From contig JANPJS010000054.1 of the NCBI GenBank assembly GCA_031425655.1, positions 1 through 57,781 of the forward strand: a DNA stretch of 57,781 nt, read 5' to 3'. Position 1 is the first letter of the stretch. Each line of letters starts with the position of its first letter. The DNA is from Abditibacteriaceae bacterium (GTDB taxonomy: Bacteria; Armatimonadota; Abditibacteriia; Abditibacteriales; Abditibacteriaceae). The notes under the pieces were generated by a model. It made no database searches, was not told the DNA's origin, and saw only the letters and a program-made list of their open reading frames with translations. Shown piece after piece: positions 28,723-37,937 of this stretch. The position numbers and the translations under genes are program-made.

Positions 28723-30254
28723 GTCAATGGCTCCTTGTCGCTGCCGGCGCGCCGCGCCGCTTCGGTCAGAGTCTCGCCGAAAGTCGGAAAAGCGTGCGTT
28801 GCGGCGCCTAATTCGCGTGCCGTCAGACCGGCGCGCATCGCCAGCAGCACTTCGTTAATCAGCTCCCCGGCGCGCGGGCCGATAATCTGGCAGCCTATGA
28901 TCTGATCCGTTGCGGCGTCGGCTACAATCTTCACGAAACCGTTTGTGTTGCCGGTCGCCGTCGCGCGGCAGTTGGCGTGAAAATGCGCCATGCCAACGCG
29001 CGTTTCCATTCCTGCCCACTGCGCGGCTCGCTCGCTGTGTCCTATGGACGCCATTTCCGGCTGTGTATAACAGCAATGAGGCACCAGATGCAGTTCGCTG
29101 CGCGAGGCATGGCCTGTCACAACATCCGCGACTAAAGCGCCTTCAACCGCCGCTTGATGCGCCCAGCCGGTGCCGCGAATGCAATCGCCGACCGCGAAAA
29201 CGCCCGGCACGTTGGTCTGGCATTGCTCATCCACTTGAATTCGCCCGGCGCGATGCTGGATATGCGCCGCTTCGAGATCGAGATGCTCCGTATTCGGCTT
29301 GCGCCCCGCCGTGACGAGGAGCTTTTCAACACTCAAAGATGAATCACGCTCCTCACGTTGCAGCGCGAGACGCAAACCTTCCGAAGCGCTTTCGATGCTT
29401 TGCAATTTCGTGCCACAGCGCACTTCGACGCCGCTTTCACGCAGCGCCCGCTCCATTTCGCGTCCGATGTCAGCGTCTTCGAGCGGCAAAAGGTGCGGCG
29501 CTTGGTCTATCAACGCGACTTGAACGCCTAAATTGGCGAAAAAATACGCGAAACTCACGCCGATCACGCCCGCACCAACGATGGCTAAAGTGTGTGGCAA
29601 CGCTTCGATTTCCCAGATTTGCCGCGTCGAAAGCACGCCCGGCGCATCCACGCCCGGCACCTGTAAGCGCGCCGGAACCGCACCCGTCGCTATCAACACA
29701 TTCACGGCAGCCAATCGCTGCGTTGGTTCGCCGGCGCAGGCGACTTCGATGCTGTGCGATTCCACGAAGCGCGCCCGTCCGCGCATCAATTTCACGCCGA
29801 CTGCTGCCAAATGCGCTTCCCAACCGGCGCGCACTGCGCCACCGACGGATTCGCGCCGCGCCCATAAAAGCGGCCAGTCGAAGCCCGCTTCGCTGCTCAT
29901 TTTCAACCCCAGCTCATGTGCGCGGTGCTGTGCGCGCAACACAGAAACCGATTCGAGCAGCGCGCACAGCGGCACGCTGCCACGATTGACGTGAACGCCG
30001 CCGATTTCGCGTGACTCGATAATTCCGACACGCGCGCCTTGCTCGGCAGCGCGCAACGCCGCCGTCGTGCCGCCCGGCCCGCCGCCGATAATCAGCAAGT
30101 CGAAATCGTGCGGCGCGCCTTCGCGTAAAAGCTGCTCGGCGGCTTCGACAACTTCTTCGGTGTCGAAATCGGGCAACGCCTCGGCCACCATCTGGCCGGT
30201 GGAAGCAGACAGCGCATCGTGCGGCTCGTTGGAGCTACGGAGAGACTCGGACAT
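28719..30254 (-). CDS. Dihydrolipoamide-dehydrogenase-like flavoprotein lacking the redox disulfide
   Basis: GxGxxG twice, 'ATGA', 'GD'; 'GGVHVNRGSVP' and 'HAFPTFGE' replace the catalytic motifs. Confidence 0.8.
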   Translation of the reverse strand: MSESLRSSNEPHDALSASTGQMVAEALPDFDTEEVVEAAEQLLREGAPHDFDLLIIGGGPGGTTAALRAAEQGARVGIIESREIGGVHVNRGSVPLCALLESVSVLRAQHRAHELGLKMSSEAGFDWPLLWARRESVGGAVRAGWEAHLAAVGVKLMRGRARFVESHSIEVACAGEPTQRLAAVNVLIATGAVPARLQVPGVDAPGVLSTRQIWEIEALPHTLAIVGAGVIGVSFAYFFANLGVQVALIDQAPHLLPLEDADIGREMERALRESGVEVRCGTKLQSIESASEGLRLALQREERDSSLSVEKLLVTAGRKPNTEHLDLEAAHIQHRAGRIQVDEQCQTNVPGVFAVGDCIRGTGWAHQAAVEGALVADVVTGHASRSELHLVPHCCYTQPEMASIGHSERAAQWAGMETRVGMAHFHANCRATATGNTNGFVKIVADAATDQIIGCQIIGPRAGELINEVLLAMRAGLTARELGAATHAFPTFGETLTEAARRAGSDKEPLT

Positions 30255-30262
30255 GGGAATTC

Positions 30263-30380
30263 AGACACGGAGACACGAGACGAGACGAGATACGAGACAC
30301 GGAGATACGAGACACGGAGTTACACGAATCCGTCTTTGTCTCCATGTCTCCATGTCTCCTCGTCTCGTATCTCCGTGTCT
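30263..30380. repeat. Inverted 7/8-mer tandem repeats (empty bracket)
   Basis: AGACACG(G) units on the left; (C)CGTGTCT/CATGTCTC units on the right. Confidence 0.8.
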
Positions 30381-31789
30381 CACTTCTTCGGTCGGTAAAT
30401 ATGCGTGGCCTGGCCGAAAATCACTTCGGCGGATTCCATCACGGTTTCCGACAGCGTTGGGTGCGGATGAATCGTCATTTTTATGTCGCTGGCCAACGCG
30501 GCCATTTCTATGGCCAAAGTGCCTTCAGAAATCAACTCGCCTGCGCCCGGCCCGACGATAGCCACGCCTAAAACGCGCTCGGTTTCGGGATCAACAAGGA
30601 TTTTCGTCAAACCGTCGCTGCGATCAAGCGTGGTCGCGCGGCCCGAAGCCGCCCAGGGAAAGCGCGCGACCGTGACTTTGCGGCCTTCTTTTTCTGCCTG
30701 CATTTCAGTTAATCCCGTCCATGCGATTTCCGGATCGGTGAAAACGACGGCGGGAATCGCCGCCGGCTCATAAGCGACTTTATGCCCGGCGATGGCTTCG
30801 ACCGCGATGCGGCCTTCGTGTGAGGCTTTGTGTGCCAACATCGGGTCGCCTGCAATGTCGCCGATGGCATAAATCGTCGGTTCGACGGTGCGCCGCTGCG
30901 CGTCTACGGCCACAAAACCGCGCTTGTCGGGTTGAATTTTGGTGTTTTCAAGGCCGATGTCCTGCGAATTTGGCGTGCGCCCGACTGAAACAAGCACTTT
31001 GTCGAAAACCTGCTCCGGTTCAGCGACATTCGCGCCTTCAAAACGCACTTTGATGCCGTTTTCGACTTCTTCGACGGAAACGACTTTAGTTTCCAGCAGC
31101 ACTTTGTGCAGTTTGGGCAGCAGGTTTCCTTCGAGAATTTTCACCAGATCGCGGTCGGTTTGCATCAAAAGGCCGGGCAGCATCTCGACAACCGTCACTT
31201 TGCTGCCCATCGCCGCGTAAACGCTGCTCAGTTCCAGTCCGATGTAGCCGCCGCCCACGACGAGCAGATTTTCGGGAATATCTTTGAGTTCCAGCGCCGT
31301 CGTGGAATCCATGATGCGCTCGCTGCCGATGTCGAAAGTCGGAATTTTGACCGGACGCGAACCTGTCGCTAAAATCGCGTGCTCGAAAGTCAATTTTTGC
31401 GGCCCGGATTCGCTTTCGATTTCAACTTCGGTTGCGCTCGTGAAGCGGGCGCGGCCCCGAATATAATTGATTTTGCGAGCCTTGACGAGCTGGCCCAAAC
31501 CACCCGTCATCTTATTAACAACCGATTCTTTCCACTCACGCACGCGGTCGAAATCAATTTCCGGTTCGGCGAACTTGATGCCGATGTTGGCGGCTTCGTG
31601 CGCTTCGTCGAGCAGCTTGGCGACGTGCAGCAGCGCCTTCGAGGGAATGCAGCCGCGATACAAGCACACGCCGCCGGGATTGGGATTCATGTCCACCAAC
31701 GTAGTCTGCATTCCCAGATCAGCGGCCAAAAACGCGGCGGCATAACCGCCCGGCCCGCCGCCGATAACGACAAGTTGAGTTTGATTCAT
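30380..31789 (-). CDS. lpdA: Dihydrolipoyl dehydrogenase (E3)
   Basis: 'GGVCLYRGCIPSK', 'HPHPTLSE'. Confidence 0.96.
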   Translation of the reverse strand: MNQTQLVVIGGGPGGYAAAFLAADLGMQTTLVDMNPNPGGVCLYRGCIPSKALLHVAKLLDEAHEAANIGIKFAEPEIDFDRVREWKESVVNKMTGGLGQLVKARKINYIRGRARFTSATEVEIESESGPQKLTFEHAILATGSRPVKIPTFDIGSERIMDSTTALELKDIPENLLVVGGGYIGLELSSVYAAMGSKVTVVEMLPGLLMQTDRDLVKILEGNLLPKLHKVLLETKVVSVEEVENGIKVRFEGANVAEPEQVFDKVLVSVGRTPNSQDIGLENTKIQPDKRGFVAVDAQRRTVEPTIYAIGDIAGDPMLAHKASHEGRIAVEAIAGHKVAYEPAAIPAVVFTDPEIAWTGLTEMQAEKEGRKVTVARFPWAASGRATTLDRSDGLTKILVDPETERVLGVAIVGPGAGELISEGTLAIEMAALASDIKMTIHPHPTLSETVMESAEVIFGQATHIYRPKK

Positions 31790-31853
31790 GGTTTTAGGTT
31801 GTGGGTGTTGGGTTCTGGGTGAAGCCTCGCCAGCACCCAGAACCCAATACCCA
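31790..31853. repeat. Inverted heptamer tandem repeats (empty bracket)
   Basis: GGTTCTG-type x4, then CAGAACC-type x3. Confidence 0.75.
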
Positions 31854-33239
31854 TCACCCCTCTAAAGCGATCATAAACGGGTTTTCAAGCGCCTGACAAA
31901 TCCAGCGCAAAAAGCGGGCGCCGTCGGCGCCGTTGATGACGCGGTGATCGTAAGACAGCGAAAGCGGAAGCATCAAGCGCGGCACGAACTCGTTTTTTTC
32001 GGCGTTCCAGAAAGGCTCCAAACCGCCGCGCGACAAACCAAGAATCGCCACTTCGGGCGCGTTGACAATCGGCGTGAAAGCCGTGCCGCCGATGCCGCCC
32101 AGATTGGTAATCGTGAAAGTGCCGCCTTGCAATTCTTCGAGCGATGTCTTTTTCGCCCGCGCTTTTTCGGCGATTTGATTGAGTTCGACGGCAAGCTCGA
32201 TGATGTTTTTGCGCTCTACGTCGCGCACGACCGGCACCAGCAAACCGCGCTCGGTATCAACGGCCACGCCGATAGAATAATAGCTTTTCAGCACTAATTC
32301 GTTGCTGACGACATCGAAACTGGCGTTGAACTGCGGAAACTTCTTCAATGCGCCGGCCACGACCTTCATAATGATGGCCGTGACCGTTAATTTGCCGCCC
32401 GCAGCTTCGGCCTGTTTGCCGTATTGCTTGCGAAGCTTTTCGAGTTCGGTGATGTCGGCTTTGTCGAACTGCGTGACGTGCGGAATCGTGGCCCACGAGC
32501 GCGCCATTTGCTCGGCAGTCGCGCGCCCAATACCCGACAGCGGTTTGCGCTCGACAGCGCCCCATTTCGTGAAATCGGGCAGCGGCGCGGCTGCGATGCC
32601 GGAAGCGAAGCCAGACGGCGCGGCTACGGTTTGCACAGCGTTTTTCACGTCGCCAAACGAAATGCGCCCGCCGGGGCCACTGCCTTTGAGTGCAGTCAAA
32701 TCCACGCCAAGTTCGCGCGCTAAACGACGCACGCTGGGCGCTGCCGGCACCGAAGCGCCGGATACGCCGGACGTAGCCGCAACCGCCGCCAGCGTGCTTT
32801 GATGACCGGCGCCGTTGGAGCCGCCATTCGAGCCGGAAAGCTCGGAAGGCGGCACGAGATGCCGGTTTTTGCCGGCGTCCTCGTCTTCTTTGTCGTCCAT
32901 GCCGGTGCTCAAACCTTGCTGGTGAACCGGGCCAATCGAGCCGTTGTCGCCGGAGGTTTCGCCTTGCGTTGCGGGTTCAGTTTTAGCTTCGCTTGCGCCG
33001 CCGACGGCATCGAAAGTCAGCACGACCTGACCAATTTTCACTTCGTCGCCGGCTTTGACTAAGATTTCTTTGATCGTGCCGCCGGTCGTTGCCGGAACGG
33101 GCACGACCGATTTGCCGGTTTCCAGTTCCAGCAGCGGTTGATCGGCCTCGACGGTATCGCCCGCGCTGACCAAAACTCCGGCCACAGTGCCGGAAGAAAC
33201 GCCTTCGCCCAGTTCGGGCACTTTGAATTCAGTTGCCAT
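31854..33239 (-). CDS. aceF: Pyruvate dehydrogenase E2, dihydrolipoamide acetyltransferase (one lipoyl domain)
   Basis: 'LETGKS' lipoyl Lys, 'PSVRRLARE' E3-binding domain, 'YDHRVING'. Confidence 0.92.
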   Translation of the reverse strand: MATEFKVPELGEGVSSGTVAGVLVSAGDTVEADQPLLELETGKSVVPVPATTGGTIKEILVKAGDEVKIGQVVLTFDAVGGASEAKTEPATQGETSGDNGSIGPVHQQGLSTGMDDKEDEDAGKNRHLVPPSELSGSNGGSNGAGHQSTLAAVAATSGVSGASVPAAPSVRRLARELGVDLTALKGSGPGGRISFGDVKNAVQTVAAPSGFASGIAAAPLPDFTKWGAVERKPLSGIGRATAEQMARSWATIPHVTQFDKADITELEKLRKQYGKQAEAAGGKLTVTAIIMKVVAGALKKFPQFNASFDVVSNELVLKSYYSIGVAVDTERGLLVPVVRDVERKNIIELAVELNQIAEKARAKKTSLEELQGGTFTITNLGGIGGTAFTPIVNAPEVAILGLSRGGLEPFWNAEKNEFVPRLMLPLSLSYDHRVINGADGARFLRWICQALENPFMIALEG

Positions 33240-33250
33240 AATCGTTTCAC

Positions 33251-33325
33251 GAGTTTTGAGTTTTAAATTATGAGTTTTGAGTTAGCGGATTATGACTCAA
33301 AACTCAAAACTCATAATTCAAAACT
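33251..33325. repeat. Inverted heptamer tandem repeats (empty bracket)
   Basis: GAGTTTT-type x5, then ACTCAAA-type x4. Confidence 0.85.
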
Positions 33326-36068
33326 ATTTTGCTACTCCCGGCCAGACGATGTCGGTCAGAGGATTGAGCTTGTCCGAGTTGATATTCAGGTCTTTGAGCG
33401 CTTTTTTCAGAAAGTCCGGCTTGATTTTCTTGGCTTCGACCAGTGCGGTTAGCGTGGCCAACACGACGTAGCGGTGATCTACCTCAAAGAAGTCGCGCAG
33501 GGCTTCGCGGGTTTCGCTGCGTCCGAAGCCGTCGGTGCCCAGCGAATACAAGCGGCCCGGAACCCATTTGGCAATCGAGTCGGGCAGGATTTTCATGTAA
33601 TCGCTGCTCGCCACGAACACGCCGTCCTTCGCGCTTTCCAGGCATTGCGTGACGTAAGGCACACGCTTTTCGCCGGGATGCAGCAGGTTATGGCGCTCGG
33701 CGTCCAAGCCGTCGCGGTTGAGTTCCTTGTAGGAAGTCACGCTCCACACGTCGGCGGCGACGCCGTATTTGTCTTCTAAAATCGTTTGCGCCTTCAGCAC
33801 TTCGTTGAGAATTGTGCCGCTGCCGAACAGCGTCGCTTTCAGCTTTGATGCTTTCGCCGACTTGCGGAACGGATACATTCCCTTGAGAATGCCTTCCTTA
33901 ATGCCGTCACCTTCGGGCATCGGCGGCTGCGCGTAGTTTTCGTTCATCAGCGTGATGTAATAGAAAACCGCTTCGCCATTTTCATACATTCGCCGCAGGC
34001 CGTCGCGGATGATGACGGCTAACTCGAAAGCGTAGGCCGGGTCGTAGGCCACCATGTTCGGGAAAGTGTAAGCCAGCAGTTGACTGTGGCCGTCTTCGTG
34101 TTGCAAACCTTCGCCGTTAAGCGTGGTGCGTCCCGCCGTCGCGCCAAGCATGAAACCGCGCGCCCGAATGTCAGCGGCCAGCCACACCAAATCGCCAACA
34201 CGCTGCGGGCCGAACATCGAATAATAGATGTAAAACGGAATCGTGTTGATGCCGTGCGTGGCGTAAGCCGTGCCCGCCGCGATGAAACTCGACATCGCGC
34301 CGGCTTCGTTGATGCCTTCTTCTAAAATCTGTCCGTCCAACGATTCCTTGTAATACGCCAGTTCTTTGCGGTCAATCGGCTCGTAAAGCTGGCCGACCGA
34401 AGAATAAATGCCGTAAGAACCGAAAAGACCGTCCAGTCCGAAAGTGCGCGCTTCGTCGGGGATAATCGGCACGATAAGCTTGCCGATTTCCTTGTTACGC
34501 ATCAGTTTTCGCAGCACGTTGCCGAAGGCCATCGTAGTCGAAGCGAGGCGCCCCTGCGAACCGGCGTAGAATTCTTCAAAGTCTTTTTCCGGCGGCGTCG
34601 TGAAGGCCGGCGATTGCGTCGAGCGCTGCGGAACCGGGCCGCCTAATGCGGCGCGGCGCTCTTGAAGGTATTTGACTTCGGGGCTGTCGTCGGCGGGACG
34701 ATAAAACTTGAGCTTTTTGGCGTCTTCGTCGGAAATTGGAATCTCGAAGCGATGCGCGAACTGAATAGTTGCGGCTTCTTCCATTTTCTTGTTGTTGTGC
34801 GCGCCCATTTTGCCTTCGGCGGCTTCGCCCAGGCCGTAGCCTTTGACGGTTTTGGCTAAAACGACGGTCGGCTGGCCTTTGGTCTGCGTCGCCGCGAGAT
34901 AAGCCGCGTAAACCTTTTCGGGGTCGTGTCCGCCGCGCTTGATTTTGCGAATTTCATCGTCGGTAAGCTGGTCAACTATGGCGCGCAAATAGGGCGTGTT
35001 GAAGAAGTGTTCGCGGGCATAAGCGCCGCTTTCGCCGGTATATTTCTGATACTGGCCGTCCACGACTTCGCCCATGCGCCGCACCAAATCGCCGCGCTCA
35101 TCGGCGTCCAGCAATGGATCCCAACCGCCGCCCCAGATAACTTTAATAACGTTCCAGCCGGCGCCGCGAAAGATGCCTTCGAGTTCCTGAATAATCTTGC
35201 CGTTGCCGCGCACAGGCCCGTCCAAACGCTGCAAATTGCAGTTGACGACCCACGTCAGGTTGTCCAACTTTTCGCGCGCCGCAAGCGTAATCGAACCGAG
35301 GGTTTCGGGTTCATCGCATTCGCCATCGCCCAAAAAGGCCCAAACGCGCGAATCGCTGGTCTTTTTCAGGCCGCGATGCTCCAAGTAGCGATTAAAACGT
35401 GCCTGATAAATCGAAAGAATCGGGCCAAGTCCCATCGAAACAGTTGGGAACTGCCAGAAATCGGGCATCAGCCAGGGATGCGGATAAGAGGAAAGCCCGC
35501 CGCCCGGCTGCAATTCCTGCCGGAAGTTGACAAGGTTTTGCTCAGTCAGTCGTCCTTCGAGGAAAGCGCGGGCGTAAGGGCCGGGCGAACCGTGTCCTTG
35601 AAAAAACAATTGGTCGCCGGAAGATTCGCCCTGCGGCGCTTGAAAAAAGTGATTGAAACCAACTTCGAGCAGCGTCGCCGAGGAAGCGTAAGTCGAAATA
35701 TGGCCGCCGACTTCGCCGCCTCGCCCTTGTGAATCCGTCGTTTTCTGCGCGCGCACCACCATCGCCATCGCGTTCCAGCGGATGATGCTTTTGATGCGCC
35801 GCTCGATTTCGCGGTCGCCGGGATATTGCGGCTGCGCTTCGCGCGCGATGGAGTTGATATAAGGCGTGGTGGCCGCGAAAGGGATTTTGACGCCCTGTCG
35901 CTGCGCGTGAATTTCCAGAAGTCCCAGCAGTTCGCTGACGCGCTCCGGGCCAGCCGATTGCAGCACGAAATCTAAAGAATCGAGCCACTCCTGCGTTTCA
36001 ATTTGTTCGACGGAAGCGTCGGTCGCTGCGTCGGCGTCTACGGACGAGTCCACTTCGATTGTCGCCAT
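33324..36068 (-). CDS. aceE: Pyruvate dehydrogenase E1, homodimeric type
   Basis: 'ETQEWLDSL', 'SSYPHPWLMP', 'GDGECDE', 'EGLQHEDG', 'GTDGFGRS'. Confidence 0.97.
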   Translation of the reverse strand: MATIEVDSSVDADAATDASVEQIETQEWLDSLDFVLQSAGPERVSELLGLLEIHAQRQGVKIPFAATTPYINSIAREAQPQYPGDREIERRIKSIIRWNAMAMVVRAQKTTDSQGRGGEVGGHISTYASSATLLEVGFNHFFQAPQGESSGDQLFFQGHGSPGPYARAFLEGRLTEQNLVNFRQELQPGGGLSSYPHPWLMPDFWQFPTVSMGLGPILSIYQARFNRYLEHRGLKKTSDSRVWAFLGDGECDEPETLGSITLAAREKLDNLTWVVNCNLQRLDGPVRGNGKIIQELEGIFRGAGWNVIKVIWGGGWDPLLDADERGDLVRRMGEVVDGQYQKYTGESGAYAREHFFNTPYLRAIVDQLTDDEIRKIKRGGHDPEKVYAAYLAATQTKGQPTVVLAKTVKGYGLGEAAEGKMGAHNNKKMEEAATIQFAHRFEIPISDEDAKKLKFYRPADDSPEVKYLQERRAALGGPVPQRSTQSPAFTTPPEKDFEEFYAGSQGRLASTTMAFGNVLRKLMRNKEIGKLIVPIIPDEARTFGLDGLFGSYGIYSSVGQLYEPIDRKELAYYKESLDGQILEEGINEAGAMSSFIAAGTAYATHGINTIPFYIYYSMFGPQRVGDLVWLAADIRARGFMLGATAGRTTLNGEGLQHEDGHSQLLAYTFPNMVAYDPAYAFELAVIIRDGLRRMYENGEAVFYYITLMNENYAQPPMPEGDGIKEGILKGMYPFRKSAKASKLKATLFGSGTILNEVLKAQTILEDKYGVAADVWSVTSYKELNRDGLDAERHNLLHPGEKRVPYVTQCLESAKDGVFVASSDYMKILPDSIAKWVPGRLYSLGTDGFGRSETREALRDFFEVDHRYVVLATLTALVEAKKIKPDFLKKALKDLNINSDKLNPLTDIVWPGVAK

Positions 36069-36155
36069 GCGAGTTTTAAAATCCTTTCCTCATTAAATAT
36101 ACCTATCCCAAGCCGGGTCTTGCTATTGAGTCCGTCGCAACGCAGTCATAAGCGC

Positions 36156-36192
36156 AAAATGAACGCCCCGGCAGAGTTGCCGGGGCGTTCAT
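36156..36192 (-). terminator. Intrinsic terminator of the 36210-36647 gene
   Basis: ATGAACGCCCCGGCA/TGCCGGGGCGTTCAT hairpin with a short T tract on the minus strand. Confidence 0.65.
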
Positions 36193-36209
36193 GAAATTGT
36201 GCCTGATTA

Positions 36210-36647
36210 TCAACGCGTGACCGATTTTTCTTTGCCTTCGGCGCGGCGCTTCTGGCTTTCCATGACACGGTTAAAGCGCGCCGCATCCGCCGCTTGAATC
36301 ATCGCGCTCAATCTCTGGCGATAAGGCCTGTCTCGTTCTTCTTGGGTGAGTGATTCATCAAACGGCACGGGCTTGGATGATGCCAAGGCTTTGGCTTTCT
36401 CTTGCGATTTCAGCGCGCGGCGTTCGCGGTCGCGTAAAATTTTGCGTTGATGCTGCTCCGGCGTCAGAGGGCGCCGCGTTTTGGTTGCCGCTGCGCTGTC
36501 TTCGCTCGAATCTGCCGCGACTTCGAGCGAGGCTTCCATCGGCTCCGCAGTGCTTTCGCCGGCTTCGCTTTCTTGTAAATCGTGATCTGGTGCTTCCTGC
36601 GCTTGCACACTTTCGAGGTCGGATGGAGCTTTAGCTTTCGATGTCAT
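36210..36647 (-). CDS. Hypothetical charged protein
   Basis: 145-aa ORF, AAGGA RBS, acidic N-terminus and basic C-terminus. Confidence 0.65.
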   Translation of the reverse strand: MTSKAKAPSDLESVQAQEAPDHDLQESEAGESTAEPMEASLEVAADSSEDSAAATKTRRPLTPEQHQRKILRDRERRALKSQEKAKALASSKPVPFDESLTQEERDRPYRQRLSAMIQAADAARFNRVMESQKRRAEGKEKSVTR

Positions 36648-36714
36648 GTTTGTTCCTTTAGCTTTCGTTCGCGTTTATGATGAAGAGGCCGGCTCTGGAT
36701 CAAACCTCAAAGCC

Positions 36715-36743
36715 TTGACGTAGCGAACGGCGAGCCGTATAAT
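36715..36743 (+). promoter_or_regulatory. Sigma70-type promoter P1
   Basis: TTGACG-N17-TATAAT. Confidence 0.75.
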
Positions 36744-36816
36744 ACGGCGCTTGGTTAGTTAACACGAATTTGCTACGCCTCGCAATTGGCGCCGAGGCAC
36801 GGCGGGAAGCTGCTAT

Positions 36817-36845
36817 TTGACAACTCAAGGCAAATCACTTATGCT
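36817..36845 (+). promoter_or_regulatory. Sigma70-type promoter P2
   Basis: TTGACA-N17-TATGCT. Confidence 0.7.
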
Positions 36846-37012
36846 TTATGCAGGCTCGAAAAGAGCCTGTTCAAAGCTTGTCGTCTTCAGTGCGTAAATT
36901 TGCAGCCTCGCGGTCACACTCCTCGGAAACTCCTTTTTGGTGCCCCTTCGGACAAACCCTCGTAAAATCTGCCAGACGCCGTCGTCACGACAACAACAAA
37001 GGATTTGTTTTT

Positions 37013-37219
37013 ATGGTTAAGGGAACTGTCAAATGGTTCAACGACTCGAAGGGCTTCGGCTTCATCGAGCAGGAAAATGGTGGCGAGGACGTTTTCGTTC
37101 ATCACGAGGCGATTGAAACCGATGGTTATCGCTCGCTCAAAGAAGGCCAGAAGGTCGAATTTGAAGTGCGTCAAGAGGCCAAAGGCCTGCGCGCTTCCAA
37201 AGTCCGCATCGCTGCCTAA
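37013..37219 (+). CDS. Cold-shock protein (CspA family)
   Basis: 'GTVKWFN..KGFGFI', 'DVFVH', 'L.EGQKVEF'. Confidence 0.96.
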   Translation: MVKGTVKWFNDSKGFGFIEQENGGEDVFVHHEAIETDGYRSLKEGQKVEFEVRQEAKGLRASKVRIAA

Positions 37220-37233
37220 GTTGATTCCAACTA

Positions 37234-37270
37234 AAAACGCCCCGCCAAGCATCGCTTGGCGGGGCGTTTT
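37234..37270 (+). terminator. Intrinsic terminator after csp
   Basis: AAAACGCCCCGCCAAGC/GCTTGGCGGGGCGTTTT. Confidence 0.85.
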
Positions 37271-37436
37271 GCATAACGAGGCCGACACTTGCCGCAAAGC
37301 CGAAAAATTGGCGGCGAAATGGCGCCGGTTTCATAATCGCGCAACCGAATTAGAAGTGTTCTATCGCTGATTTGCGGCTTAATAACTTGTTAGCCCGTCG
37401 CGCGCGGCTTGGTTGCGGGTGCTACAATTAAAAACC

Positions 37437-37757
37437 ATGAGATTCTTTATTCCAAATGCGCCGAGCGATGCCGAGGCCGAAAAGTTTTACGAGATGAACA
37501 AAGACTTTAATCGGAAATTCAACCCGTTTATGGTTGCGGGCGAAATCACCGAACGTCGTATTTTCAGCATCACAGTCTTGGACGAAGAAGCTGTTTTTAC
37601 AGCCGAAGTCGGGCAAGAGTTTCGAGAGTTCGGCATTGTTATGTCAATTCTCGAAGCGGGCAATTTCCTTATTTGCACGGTCTTTCGGGGCGCGATGGAT
37701 GGCGAACCAATACTTGTTCATCCCGACGAAGTTCTTTCCGTTGTGGATTTTGATTAG
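37437..37757 (+). CDS. Hypothetical cassette-borne protein
   Basis: 106-aa, AT-richer ORF between a GTTRRRY core site and the attC. Confidence 0.7.
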   Translation: MRFFIPNAPSDAEAEKFYEMNKDFNRKFNPFMVAGEITERRIFSITVLDEEAVFTAEVGQEFREFGIVMSILEAGNFLICTVFRGAMDGEPILVHPDEVLSVVDFD

Positions 37758-37937
37758 CCACAGCCTGATACATTTCTAAAAACCATCGCGGCCATGCGTT
37801 GGTGCTGTTTCCTGCGCTTTGCAGTTGTAAATTATCGCTCATTTCAATCTCCAAAGCCCAAACAACGGGCTAACAAGAGACTATGTTGACAAGGGGTAAA
37901 ACGACCTCTTGTCATTTTTATTTTTCGGCCCTTGTTT

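Noticed and set aside
31854..31960. E2 motif DHRVING instead of DHRxxDG as an inactivating change
   Set aside because: Asn at this position occurs in active E2p enzymes such as that of Azotobacter vinelandii.
1328..33325. Short periodic repeats as CRISPR arrays
   Set aside because: Units are 7-10 nt, tandem and inverted, with no unique spacers and no cas genes.
36848..37012. N-terminal extension of the cold-shock protein (123-aa ORF)
   Set aside because: The Csp domain starts at ATG 37013 after an AAAGGA RBS; the upstream part is better explained as 5' UTR.
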